This document shows, in pieces, positions 21,000 through 33,636 of a DNA stretch of 35,645 nucleotides. The stretch lies in the NCBI RefSeq assembly GCF_006345805.1, contig NW_021828068.1, positions 1 through 35,645 of the forward strand. The letters are read 5' to 3'. Position 1 is the stretch's first letter. Every line of letters begins with the position of its first letter. A program made the position numbers and the translations under genes. Below the pieces are notes generated by a model. It was given only the letters and a program-made list of their open reading frames with translations. It was not told the DNA's origin and did no database searches. Source of the stretch: Octopus sinensis. Its lineage: Eukaryota.

Positions 21000-21205
21000 G
21001 CTTATTGTTGTTGATATTTCGTTCATTAGCCATGTGTCAGCCCTAATCTAGCTAGCTTGGGATCAAAGACGTTCCAGCTGTGACCATTCGGTTTTACCAG
21101 AAATAATTAATCTCAAGCTATAGTGTACATCCGTCCCTTCTTTCAAGGTGGTAGGTACTCATTTGATTTGAAGGGGATTTGGTTACTATTTTTAGTAGGT
21201 CGAGT
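21000..21205 (-). repeat. Unclassified interspersed repeat (family E)
   Basis: gttccagctgtgaccat...aaggggatttggttactatttttagtaggtcgag, similar to 27676-27830. Confidence 0.55.
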
Positions 21206-21534
21206 AAGCAGCTAGAAAAGATAAACAAAATGTCATCCTATTCTACGCCACTATTCGAGTGACTGATGTGCACCAAGTCGTTTATCAATACACTTCAGCT
21301 TATGGCCAAAAGTGTTGCGTATGTTCTCTATTCTGCCACTTTTACATAGAAAAGTTTCTTCTTGGAATAGGTTGATTTCGTGCCAGCTACCCTCAGCTAA
21401 ATGCGTCTAATACGTATCTTCTCTTTTCACCCATATGTGTGCCCTCTATCCTAATAAAAATCCTCATTTTCACTACTCCATCCTGCCCTTTCTTTAATAT
21501 CATCCTTTGCTCTTTGCACATGTTTTCCTTACAG

Positions 21535-21744
21535 CCGTTTCGAAATACCAACGAAAGACACGGAGATCGCCGATTTCTGTAGACAAACCCGCCAAAATAA
21601 AAATGCTTTTATGTTGTTGGAAACTGTACTCATCGGCGAAAAAATGCCGATAAAACTTTTCATCAAACAAAAGATAGAATGTATTACTAATCCAATCTTG
21701 AACTGGCCAGATACCCGCTTTCTACTCTCATTACTAGAAACGTA
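21535..21744 (+). CDS. Possible isolated coding exon (unknown product)
   Basis: Long pyrimidine tract ending ttttccttacAG (21533-21534), 69 open codons from 21536 (RFEIPTKDTEIADFCRQ...LNWPDTRFLLSLLET), possible donor ta|GTGAGC at 21745. No recognised homology. Confidence 0.2.
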
Positions 21745-21792
21745 GTGAGCCATATAAGGAAGTGATAAATTTCATGATAAAAAGCAGATAAT

Positions 21793-21996
21793 AATGATTT
21801 CAAGTTTTGGCACAAGGCCAGCAATTCCGGGAAGTGAGTTAATCGAATGCATCGACCCAGTGTTCAAATGCTACTTATTTTATCGACCCTGAAAGGATAA
21901 AAGTCAAAGTCAACCTCGGCGGAATTTGAACTCAGAATGTAAAGATGAACGAAATGCCGCTAAGCATTTGTCCGGTTTGCTGACGATTCTGCCAAT
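21793..21996 (-). mobile_element. SINE family B monomer (Y tail)
   Basis: ttttggcacaaggccagcaatt...tttatcgaccctgaaaggataaaagtcaaagtcaacctcggcggaatttgaactcagaa. Confidence 0.82.
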
Positions 21997-22484
21997 ACAC
22001 GTGTTCTGATGTGTATTATAATAGAGCTTTGCATTGGATACGAACTCATAACACACGGATTTATAACAACGTGTTTGTATGTCTGTGTGCGTCCGTGTAT
22101 GTACGTGCACGTGTGTGTGTGCATGTGTGTATGTATGTGTCTGTGTGTGCGTGTGAGTGCTTGTATTTAGTGTTAGCTGTTGTTTAACCCTAGGTCAGCC
22201 CTGGCCCCTGATCGGGAAGGCCTATTCTGTTTCTATTATTTCAAGAAGGATATGATGGAGAGTGATCTTGGGATTCGATTATGCAAAATACTGCAACGGC
22301 TTCGTTAAAGTAATACACAGACCTCGGTGTGAACCAGGATACAAAGACATTGGCGAACACGGGAATAATCAACTAGCATAATAGAACAGCCATCATCTCT
22401 GTGTTTCAATGTACTCATGCTATTGTAATATGATATAGTCTGTGAACGGGGTTACATGATTGTCTTTCCTCTCCTCATATAATA

Positions 22485-22623
22485 TACATACATACATACA
22501 TACATACACACATATATATATTTATATATATACACATATATATATGCATACATATATACATATCTTCATATACATATATAACCATATAAATATACATACA
22601 ATTATATACATATTCATACATAC

Positions 22624-22680
<57 letters not shown>

Positions 22681-22813
22681 CATATATGTTTAAGTTTACA
22701 TATATATATATGTATGTATGTATGTTCATACTTATATGTATCTTTGTAATTTTATTGATATTTTAGAGTTATTTTATTGTTCTTTTATTATAATTAGTTT
22801 TATCATCATCATG

Positions 22814-22892
<79 letters not shown>

Positions 22893-22893
22893 G

Positions 22894-22940
<47 letters not shown>
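22485..22940. repeat. (TA/CA)n then (ATT)n(CAT)n microsatellites
   Basis: Direct reading. Explains ORF 22718..23119. Confidence 0.92.
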
Positions 22941-22941
<1 letters not shown>

Positions 22942-23303
22942 TTTATTTACTAGCGTTGAGTTAATATGTTATTCTTGTTTTGTATTATCACAAGGTTGTT
23001 TGTTTATTTATTTCTTTGTTTCTATTATTGTTTTTACTATTACATTTAATATTTGTGTTTTTGTTTCTACTACGTTGCTGTCAACATTGCAAGTTGAACT
23101 ACAAAGAACTTTTCAATGAAAGCGCAATGACATAAAAAAAGTTTTATTGAATTGAATTAATTTGAATGGAACGGAATTGAAATGGCGGAATTTATCTACC
23201 CCATTCAACGGAAAACGTGATACAAGTTGTAAATACACATAATAATAATAGATGTTTTATTGGTCAAAGCACATCACATTTTCCTCTATGCTGGAGATAA
23301 AAT

Positions 23304-23363
23304 AAGACAACTGGCAAGCTGATGAGGTCATAAGAGGATGAAACCGGTGTCCACAGTTGTCTT
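23304..23363 (+). ncRNA. Decayed type I minimal hammerhead-ribozyme-like motif
   Basis: CTGATGA 23319-23325, weak P2, GAAA 23340-23343, palindromic ACCGGT 23343-23348, perfect 10-bp stem aagacaactg/cagttgtctt. The cleavage position is G (non-canonical). Confidence 0.4.
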
Positions 23364-23476
23364 CTTGTTCTCTTTTGGTTAACGGGATTTGAAAACCTTT
23401 GAGTAACTGATATCATCATTGCAATATTGGATTTTGGCATAGGCAAAAGACCAGCAATTTTGTAATAGAAGGATAG

Positions 23477-23754
23477 GGCTCAGTGGTTTGAGCTTCAAGC
23501 TTACGATCGCGAGGATGTGAGTTCGATTCTCAGACCGGTCTGTATGTTGTATTCTTGAGTAGGACACTTTATTTCACGTTGCTCCAGTGAACCCAGCTGT
23601 AGAAATGAGTTGCAATATCACTGTATCAGCCTTTGCCTTTCCCTTGGATAACATCAGTGGTGTGGAGAGGGGAGGCTGGTATGCATGGACTTGCGCCTCG
23701 GAGGGTAACTTTCTAGGTACAATTGCATGGTCATTCAAGACCGAAGGGGGTCTC
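23477..23754 (+). mobile_element. SINE family C with internal deletions
   Basis: ggctcagtggtttgagc...gagttcgattc...acactttatttcacgttgctccag...gaccgaagggggtctc, collinear with 10449-10780. Confidence 0.86.
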
Positions 23755-23763
23755 TTCCTCATC

Positions 23764-23815
<52 letters not shown>

Positions 23816-24329
23816 TGTATGTACCTTCACTACTTAGCTGGTACTTGCTTTATACACTACAGGTGTAATGAAGTAATTTAAGCCAAGACCTGTAGTCAAA
23901 GACATAAGTGCACCGAGACTACATAGTTAGCTGGAGCTCAGGAGGATGAGAGTCAAATTCGCCGTCAGAAGGCTCTGAAATCTGAATGTAAAGTGACTTA
24001 ATCAAATGCCAAAAGTCATTCTATGCAGTACTCCGAGTTTTAAAGTACGTATATGCTTCAGAGTACTTACGCAACTGCGTTACAAATGTGAGCAAGACTA
24101 GTCCAACTTCTTATTCATCGAATCAGTTTCTGGGACACTGACTGTCGTTCATATTTACACTCATGTGTGTGAAACTCTGATACAGGTTTGAACCCGGGTC
24201 TAACTAACAACACGTAATACATTTTCAATAACAAACTTTATCATGAAAGTCACGATTACTTTAGCTTTTCTTCACATAATGCGAACTACAAAAAAAACTG
24301 TGAAAGTTAGTGTCTGCGTGAATATACAT

Positions 24330-25400
<1,071 letters not shown>

Positions 25401-25644
25401 ATGTATGTATATAAACACGTACATGCGTGTATGTTCGTTATTCTTAACTGGATACCTTGTTTTATTTACTGTAACAGCTTCAGAACAAGTTATTGAATAA
25501 TTAAAACGGAGAGACGCGATCGAGAAGTATGGCGGCGCTCGACAACAATTCGGACACAGTTTCGCTTCCTTCTTTCTTTCTTTCCTTCCTTCCTTTCTTC
25601 CTTCCTTCCCCTTGTCTTCCTTTCTTTTCTTTTTTCCAATTTTT

Positions 25645-25645
25645 A

Positions 25646-25677
<32 letters not shown>

Positions 25678-25687
25678 GTTATTATTA

Positions 25688-25738
<51 letters not shown>

Positions 25739-25761
25739 TATTATTATTATTATACTATTAC

Positions 25762-25796
<35 letters not shown>

Positions 25797-25830
25797 TATT
25801 ATTATTATTATTATTATTGTTATTATTATC
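25645..25830. repeat. (ATT)n microsatellite
   Basis: Direct reading. Confidence 0.95.
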
Positions 25831-25859
25831 TATTTCTTTATTTATTTATGTTGTATTAG

Positions 25860-25990
25860 CCTGCCACTAATGCATCGGGCATAAGCCAAGCAAGCGGCCA
25901 GGCCCTCTGCCGCCATCCGTCAGCCAATCATGTCTCTTTTACATCTCACGCCGTTCGTCTGAATCTCTGAAAGACATTAACTAATCGCCT
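25860..25990. promoter_or_regulatory. CpG-rich islet with consensus CCAAT box and YY1-like motif
   Basis: cctctgccgccatc (25904-25917), then cgtca half-CRE and agccaatca. Motif evidence only. Confidence 0.3.
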
Positions 25991-25999
25991 AGCCTCGCC

Positions 26000-26221
26000 T
26001 TGACTCCTTACTTCCTCCTCCCCCTCCTTCTCCTCTCCGTCTCTTCTACTTCTTCTTTCTCTTCTTCCCTTTCTTTTTTCTTCTTCTTCTTCTTGTCATT
26101 GTTATCATTATTTTTCCTTTACTTCCTGGCCTTCTATTCACATCTCACCTCATCCTATTTCTGGTCTCTCTTTTGCCTTCTCACTTCTTTCCAGCTCAAC
26201 TCCCTATTCCTCTCTCTTTCT

Positions 26222-26266
<45 letters not shown>

Positions 26267-26471
26267 TTCCCGTTGAATCCCTTTCTCTCTCATCTATTTT
26301 GTCTTCTTCTCTTTCCCCTTTCTTCTCTCTCTCTTCTCTCAAATATGTTCTCTCTCGTTCTCCTTCTCTGACTCCCTTTTCCCCTTTCTTTGGCACATAC
26401 AAACATTCCGCACTAACCATAGCAACAAAGACGTCGTCACTCTAACCACCACCCAAGTCCATCATTACTAC

Positions 26472-26504
<33 letters not shown>

Positions 26505-26569
26505 TATCTTCATCATCATCAACATCATCATTATCATCATTATCATTATAATCCTCATCATCCTCATCC

Positions 26570-26609
<40 letters not shown>

Positions 26610-26885
26610 TACCATCATCGTTATCATCATCGTTATCATCATCACCACCGTTATCGCTAATATTATTATCACCACCACTACCTCCACTACTATCATCATC
26701 ATCATCATCATCATCATCATTACCACAACCATCATCATTACCACTACTATCACCATGATCATTACCACCACCAACAACAACAACAGCAACACCTCTATTA
26801 TTACCTTCATCATTACAATTATCACCCCACCACCACCACTACCACTATTAACAGCAGCAACAGCATCAGCAGCAGCAATACCAAG

Positions 26886-26919
<34 letters not shown>

Positions 26920-27170
26920 GTAACGACAATAGGATACTTGTGCAAAAGCGATGATAGGAATAGAAAGAGAAAGCGCGAAAGGAAAAAAAGATAAAAAGAC
27001 AAAAAGAACGAAAGGAAAAGAAGGAAAAGAAAGAAAAGAACGAAAGAGGAAGTAGGGGAAGTGAAAGTGAAAGAATAAAAGAAAGAAAACAACAAATAAG
27101 GAGAAAGAAAATGAGAGAGGAGGAGGAGAAGGAAGAGGAAGAGGAGATAGAGGGAATATGGTGCAAATAT
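26000..27170. repeat. Low-complexity block: CT-rich, (CAT)n/(CAC)n/(CAA)n, GA-rich
   Basis: Direct reading. Explains the 310-aa ORF 26442..27374. Confidence 0.9.
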
Positions 27171-27380
27171 AGAAAAACTGCACATACATTCTATAAAAAG
27201 TGTAACAATAACAACAACAACAATAGCAAATACGTCGAGGACGACGACTGCAATCGAAGCTGTACCAACAAAATTATCAAGATAAAGAATAATAACAAGA
27301 CAACGTGTGAGGCATAGAAAGGAATGAATAAAAAGCTGGGGGTGATAGTGAGAGGTAAGGAAGAGTGAGAACAACCATGG

Positions 27381-27403
27381 ATGACGTCATGGGGTGACGT
27401 CAT
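27381..27403. promoter_or_regulatory. Tandem pair of perfect CRE palindromes
   Basis: TGACGTCA at 27382-27389 and 27395-27402. Confidence 0.4.
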
Positions 27404-27639
27404 ACATGCTACCTATTTGTAATTGTTATTATTATATTCATTCTGTTGTTCTTAATGGCGGAATTGTCAGTGCGCCGGAAACGATGTATTACTTGTGTTT
27501 TATTTATTCGACATTATGTACTGGGTTCAAATTACGTCGCCGGCGTTTTAAACTTTCATTAATCTGGGCTGTTGCCGCTATTGTGGTGGTTTCTCTTTGA
27601 GGTTAGAGTGTTTTTCTTTTTGCTTCGGTGTGGTCATGA

Positions 27640-27850
27640 ATGACTAGACCTATGATAGACCTATGCACAGAGATGTTCCAACCGTGGCCATCCTGTCAAT
27701 AGTTTATTTTATATTTTTCATTTTCAAGCATAAACGCTATTATGTATGGCAATGTCATAGAATGTATTCTGCTCTCTTATGGTGACAGTATGGTTTTTAA
27801 GAGGGATTTGGTTGCTATTTCTGGAAGGTTGAGTATCTACTTTGAAGCAG
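27640..27850 (-). repeat. Unclassified interspersed repeat (family E)
   Basis: gatgttccaaccgtggccatcc...gagggatttggttgctatttctggaaggttgag. Confidence 0.55.
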
Positions 27851-27946
27851 CCCTGTTGGCAAATACATCTAGTTTATGTAGTTCAAGATACGCTTTGGGA
27901 AACACATATACGCGCGTGCGCACAGACATATATACACACACACACG

Positions 27947-27992
<46 letters not shown>

Positions 27993-28059
27993 TACATAAA
28001 ATCAAAGCAGGAAAATTCACACAGTTTAATATATTTTTTATACATTTTATAAGTGAAGG

Positions 28060-28860
28060 AGTATGGTGTTTGTCGACCGGCTTCGCTTTCGCTAATCATG
28101 ACATTGAAGTTATTGTAATTTCATATTTTCTTAAGAAGATTTTAGCCCATATATTTTATGCATGACAACTCACTACGTGGGGATAACCGAAATTCTCCTC
28201 CTCCCTTTTTCTTAATTCATATATTTATATACGTACTTAGATACAAACATCAGTGGAAGATTTATGATTATTAAAAAATAGAAGAGGCAAACACAAAAAG
28301 ACTGTGCTGAAATAAACTTAGAAAATCCCTCTGTTATGGAATACGTTCATAAACACCAACTCAAGGAATACTGTTGGAATATTGCCAGCAAAATTTCTGT
28401 CAAATATAAACATAACATGCCGGATATTGTTGTTTGGGACAGAGGGACAAAAGTATGCACCGTCATAGAGGTCCGTTGCCCTACATATATAAATATTACT
28501 TTGAAAATCAAACAAGAAGAGAATATCTCTCTGGGCATCTGCTTCGAAACCTCCAGCTTCTATATCCAGACTATGAATTCATATTCATATCAATAATAAT
28601 TGAGGCATTAGGTTTTATTAGAAAATACTTAAAGGAGAATCTGGACAAACTGGGATTTTCAGAAAGAGAAATCAATCGGCTAATTCATACATTACAAGTG
28701 CAATCTGTGAGTAGAACAGTAAAAATATGCGAGACTTTTCTGAAGTTCCAAATGTAAATTTGTCTGTGTTAACTACATCCCAAAGATGGAGCCTTGTATC
28801 TCTATTGGAAACCGTCTCCCTCCACAGTGGAAGATTTATGATGATTATAAAATAAAAGAT
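28060..28860 (+). mobile_element. 3' end of R4/Dong-like non-LTR retrotransposon (REL endonuclease), frameshifted
   Basis: KEYCWNI..KISVKYKHNMPDIVVWDR..CTVIEVRCP (PD-(D/E)xK-like), LLRNLQLLYPDYEFIFISIIIEALG, TVKICETFLKFQM* ending at 28757. A possible degenerate zinc-knuckle/RHD remnant at ~28060-28170 is weak. Confidence 0.75.
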
Positions 28861-28914
28861 ACATACATACGTATATAAACATATACATATAGACATTTAT
28901 TTACCGGGAAAACT

Positions 28915-29159
28915 TTAGTCGGACAAACCAACGCCAGTACTTATATATTTTTACAAGACTAGTTCTTATTCTATCGGACACTTGGGCCAAACCGCTACGT
29001 TATGGGACATAAACAAACCAGTACGGTTTGTGAAGCGGATATGTTGGAAAAAAAACACAAACATTGAAATATACGTATACATATACATATGTGTGTGCGC
29101 GCGTGTGTGTATGTGCGAACCTGGAACCATGTGGTGAGAAGTAAGCTTCTTTCCACGCA

Positions 29160-29162
<3 letters not shown>
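28915..29162 (-). mobile_element. SINE family A, diverged with a large internal deletion
   Basis: ttattctatcggacacttgggccaaaccgct (tail) joined through a microsatellite to ggaaccatgtggtgagaagtaagcttctttccacgcagcc (head). Confidence 0.65.
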
Positions 29163-29218
<56 letters not shown>

Positions 29219-29567
29219 GCACATACTCACACATACATACACGCACAGGAAACCCTTATCAATCCATACAAATTGATGTAAGAACGACCATTGTTAATGG
29301 CCCAAGATGACCGATGCTAAGGGATTAGCGTTCTATACATAAACACATGTGGGAAATAGATACAGTTTCTTCAAAAATTGATAAGCATTAACACAATAAC
29401 AAAATAAATTTTAATATTATGTAGTTGTACAAAACACTTAGATATGCATGTGTGCGCATGTGTGTGTAAAAATAGATTGACAGACACACATACAGATACA
29501 CACAGATAAATAAATAAATAGAAAGACAGATATGTAGGTAGGTTGATAGATAGATAGATAGATAGAG

Positions 29568-29643
<76 letters not shown>

Positions 29644-29744
29644 TTAAAGTACTTAACATTATATGTGCATAAAATTTACGAAGTTAATACCGTTAAGTAA
29701 ATGAAATTAATGCTAATTTCATTTACCTAAGGTTGGTGTGTGAT

Positions 29745-30052
29745 GGCACATGGCCTAGTGGTTAGGGCAGCGGATATGCGGTCGAGGGATCGCAGGTTCG
29801 AATCTCAGCCTGGGCAATGTGTATGTTTATGAGCGAAACACCTAAGCTCCACGCGGCTCCGGCAGAAGGGAATGGCGAACTTCTGCTAACCCTTTCGCCA
29901 CTCTTTCTGACTCTTTCTCTCACTCTTTCCTCCTGCATCTTGCAGCTCACCTGCGACGGACCGGCATCCCGTCCAGGTAGGGAACCTATACGCCAAGGAA
30001 ACCGGGAAACCGGCCCTTTTGAGCCAGACATGGCTCGAGAAGGAACAAACAA
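29745..30052 (+). mobile_element. tRNA-derived SINE, family D
   Basis: A-box TGGCCTAGTGG 29751-29761, B-box GGTTCGAATC 29795-29804, acacctaagctccacg. Paralog at 32015-32207. Confidence 0.8.
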
Positions 30053-31139
30053 GGCTGGGTGCGGACTTAGAGATTGAAGTGATAATTTGTCATAATGAGA
30101 TAATAAAGCTATGGTGCTCCTTTGATATTTGGTTCCTACTTGTAGAAGGCTGCAGTGACTAAGGAAGGATTGTGTTACCAGTAAATCGATCATTGATATC
30201 ATTTGTGTGCTTAGACTGCTCGTCAGATTGGGAACGAATTGACTTTAAGACTGAGCTGAGCTTCTCTTGGTTTACTATACTAATACTACCTCCGGATAAT
30301 TAATCCGTCAAGGCTTTGCAGTGTTTATAATATTTTGTTCAAAAATTCAACAACGAAAAAGGACAGGGACCGGCAAGGGAACAACAAGCAAGATGTATTA
30401 GTTTCACGCTCAAGAAAAATGGAAAAGTTTTTGACGTTTCGAGCCTACTCTCTTCTAATATATCCTACGTTATGCCAATATGCTAAATAACGTTATTAAG
30501 GCTTCCTCGTTTAGGTTCTGTTGTCAATAATTGGTCGTCTTCGACATCACCGCTATCTCTGTTATCACCAACGAAAAATTAATGTGCCATGTCATTTTTC
30601 TATTAAGTCTTGAGATCCCAGGACTGCTTCTATGGTTTCTAATCTCTTTTTTATATCATCTTTTCTCAAACCTGTTTAATATGCCCAGTAATGATAATCC
30701 CCCGGTGAAGAGTATAGTTTTCAATGCTTCTATAAAGCTATTCTAATGTTAAAAATTGTTGACTTCTGACTGTATACCGGATATTTCTAAGATTCTTTTG
30801 TCCTCTTGTGTCATACATAAGTTCGCCCAATAAAATATTTTCGTTCGTAGAATGAATCCTGACCGAAAATTCTATTTTGAACCACTTTGTGCGTCATAGG
30901 TGTAAGACTAGGGTGTCAAGAATACGCACTTTATATTACCAAGATTCCCTACGGTGAATGACCGGCTCGGGTAAGTAGAGGACGTGCTCAAATTTAATAG
31001 TACCTTCATGGCTTCAGCAATCTACATACTGACATACTGCAGCAATGGAAGGTAGCCATTCTTAGAATGGAAATAAAAGTTTTCTAATTGGTACATATTG
31101 TCTTTCAAAAGGACATCAGGAATATAAGTGCTTTTTAAG

Positions 31140-31218
31140 TGAGTGTGTGTGTGTGTCTATATATAGATAGATATACGTACATACAGACATATACATATAT
31201 ACACATATATATATATTT

Positions 31219-31257
<39 letters not shown>

Positions 31258-31283
31258 CATATATATATATATATATATATACT

Positions 31284-31323
<40 letters not shown>

Positions 31324-31450
31324 ATAGAAGAGTGAGTTGACAAACGAAAGGGTATACTAATCAATTTATTGTAGCAAATAGTACCAACGAATTTGAATCA
31401 AATTGTTTTGATCCACACACACACACACACACATACGCACACACACACAC

Positions 31451-31484
<34 letters not shown>

Positions 31485-31500
31485 TACACACTATACTTAC
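31140..31500. repeat. (TA)n/(CA)n microsatellites
   Basis: Direct reading. Confidence 0.9.
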
Positions 31501-31514
31501 ATATACATTTTGTT

Positions 31515-31856
31515 GGGGATAAATTGTCGTCTAAATTACGCAAAAATGAAAATAACACTGACATCTCATTTTAACAGATATATTTACCAAAATTACAGAA
31601 AATTATCATCAAATACTAAACAGAAAATCGCCATTGGCTTCAACCACGGCCTCCAGACGACTTCCGAGTCTCCTATAACTTTTCTGGACGGTCTCCTTGT
31701 ATAAGTTGGTGAATGCTGCCATAATCCTTGCCTTCAGTTCATCATTGGTTTTACAAGGAATTTTGTTGGTCTCTCGCTTAACTGCGACGAACTCATAATT
31801 ATAGTCTGGGGAGATAGATGGCCAAATGTTAGCGGTGATGTGGTCCCATAAATTGT
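31515..31856 (-). mobile_element. 3' end of DD37D (maT/Bmmar1-like) transposon
   Basis: Minus strand WDHITANIWPSISPDY..VKRETNKIPCKTNDELKARIMAAFTNLYKETVQKSYRRLGSRLEAVVEANGDF, then a TIR-like terminus ggggataaattgtcgtc. Confidence 0.75.
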
Positions 31857-32014
31857 GAGTGTGTGTGTGTGTGTGTGCGTGTGTGTGAATGTTTGTGTGT
31901 GTGTGTGTTTGTGCGCGCGCGCGTGTGAATAATTGATAAAAGTCGTTTCAGTAATAGATATTACACCAGCAATATGAGGAACAGCGTCTGCAGCACCAAC
32001 AACAACAGCTGTGT

Positions 32015-32207
32015 AGGCGCAATGGTCCAGTGGTTAGGGTAGCAGACTCGCGGTCGTAAGAACGCGGTTTCGATTCCCAGACCGGGTATTGTGAGTGTTT
32101 ATTGAGCAAAAACACCTAAGCTCCACGATGCTCCGGAAACGGGTTAGTGAACTCCACTGTACTCTTTCACCACAATTTTCTCTCACTCTTTCTTCCTACT
32201 TTCTTCC
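32015..32207 (+). mobile_element. SINE family D, 5' portion
   Basis: ggcgcaatggtccagtggttaggg...ggtttcgattccc...aacacctaagctccacg. Confidence 0.75.
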
Positions 32208-32395
32208 CACAGAGCAGAGGAATCATGGTGTAACCCACTATGGTGAGGTAAACTTTCAGACCCTAGTCTAGATTGCGAATCCTCTGTACCCCAGGATGGT
32301 TCAGCTCTCCACCCGTTAAAAGCCACCATTTAGGGAATGAGGATATCAACGTAGCTTTCCCGCCCGTGCAACCGCCAGTCTATCGCGAAAAAGGA

Positions 32396-32490
32396 GGAGA
32401 AGAAGAAGAAGAAGAAGAAGAAGAAGAAGAAGAAGAAGAAGAAGAAGAGGAGAAGAAGAAGAAGATGATGATGATGAAGAAGAAGAAGAA
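32396..32490. repeat. (GAA)n microsatellite
   Basis: Direct reading. Confidence 0.95.
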
Positions 32491-33063
32491 AACAGCAACA
32501 GGTGATAATTTACAACGTTCATCACAAATAGTTCATATGCGTGCCTTTACAATTTAATGCCATACAAAATCACGACAAAAATGCTACGTTTGTAGATAAG
32601 TATCTCTTTAGGCCGCCAATATAAAGACTTCATTTAGTGCATGATTAGCAAATGTATACTTATATTTTTCAAATGGCGAAGATATATTAATAGCATGCTT
32701 TTGCTCATCTTCTCTTCATTGGCTAACATGATCAGACGTACAAAGACAGATTCGGTTCATGTTGATCGTTCGACGGTCATATTGACATGAATCAGTGGGT
32801 TTGGATTGTTTTTTGTTTTTGTTTTTGTTTTCCATTGCATCTTGTTTTAATTTTACTCGTTTGTCACGACTCTGTTCTAAATGCATAAGCTCATTGGATA
32901 TAGTTTGTTTTTCATAATGCTATATTGACTGAATTTATTTTGCTAACGTTCCACATGAATGTTGCTTTTCTCATATCTGACGTAAGTTACACTTTGTAAA
33001 TTAAAATTAGTATGTAACGAGGTTTGTATTTTATATTGTGTATCTATTTAAGTTTACTGCCTC

Positions 33064-33150
<87 letters not shown>

Positions 33151-33320
33151 GTCTGTCTGTCTGTCTGTCTATCTATATCTATCTGTCTATCTATATCTCT
33201 CTCTTTCTCTCGCTCCCTCTCCCCATTACTATATGCTATTGTGTGTGCGTGTATGTGTATGTGACTATATATAGTTAGGTCGATAGACAGACAAATAGAC
33301 AGACAGACAGACAGACAAAC

Positions 33321-33403
<83 letters not shown>

Positions 33404-33596
33404 CAGACAGAGAGACATACAGATAGAGAACGAGAGAATGATTTCATTATATTAAATACACACATACACATATATATATATACACTCGCATATGTGTGTG
33501 CGTGTATACACATACACACAAACACGTACACATCGAGACACAAATACATATGTATGTATATATTTATATATGTATGTTCATGCGTATATGTAACTC

Positions 33597-33636
<40 letters not shown>

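Noticed and set aside
26442-27374. Longest ORF (310 aa, minus strand)
   Set aside because: It is composed of (ATG)n/(GTT)n/CT-rich repeats giving poly-M/V/F/L.
30470-31080. Coding-like decayed block, possible Penelope or LINE ORF
   Set aside because: There are many stops in every frame and I could not identify a convincing RT or GIY-YIG motif. It needs a frameshift-aware search.
32754-32793. Hairpin ggttcatgt...acatgaatc as a possible pre-miRNA
   Set aside because: Only ~40 nt with a bulge and several G-U pairs, too short for a canonical precursor. The same holds for the hairpin at ~12316-12350.
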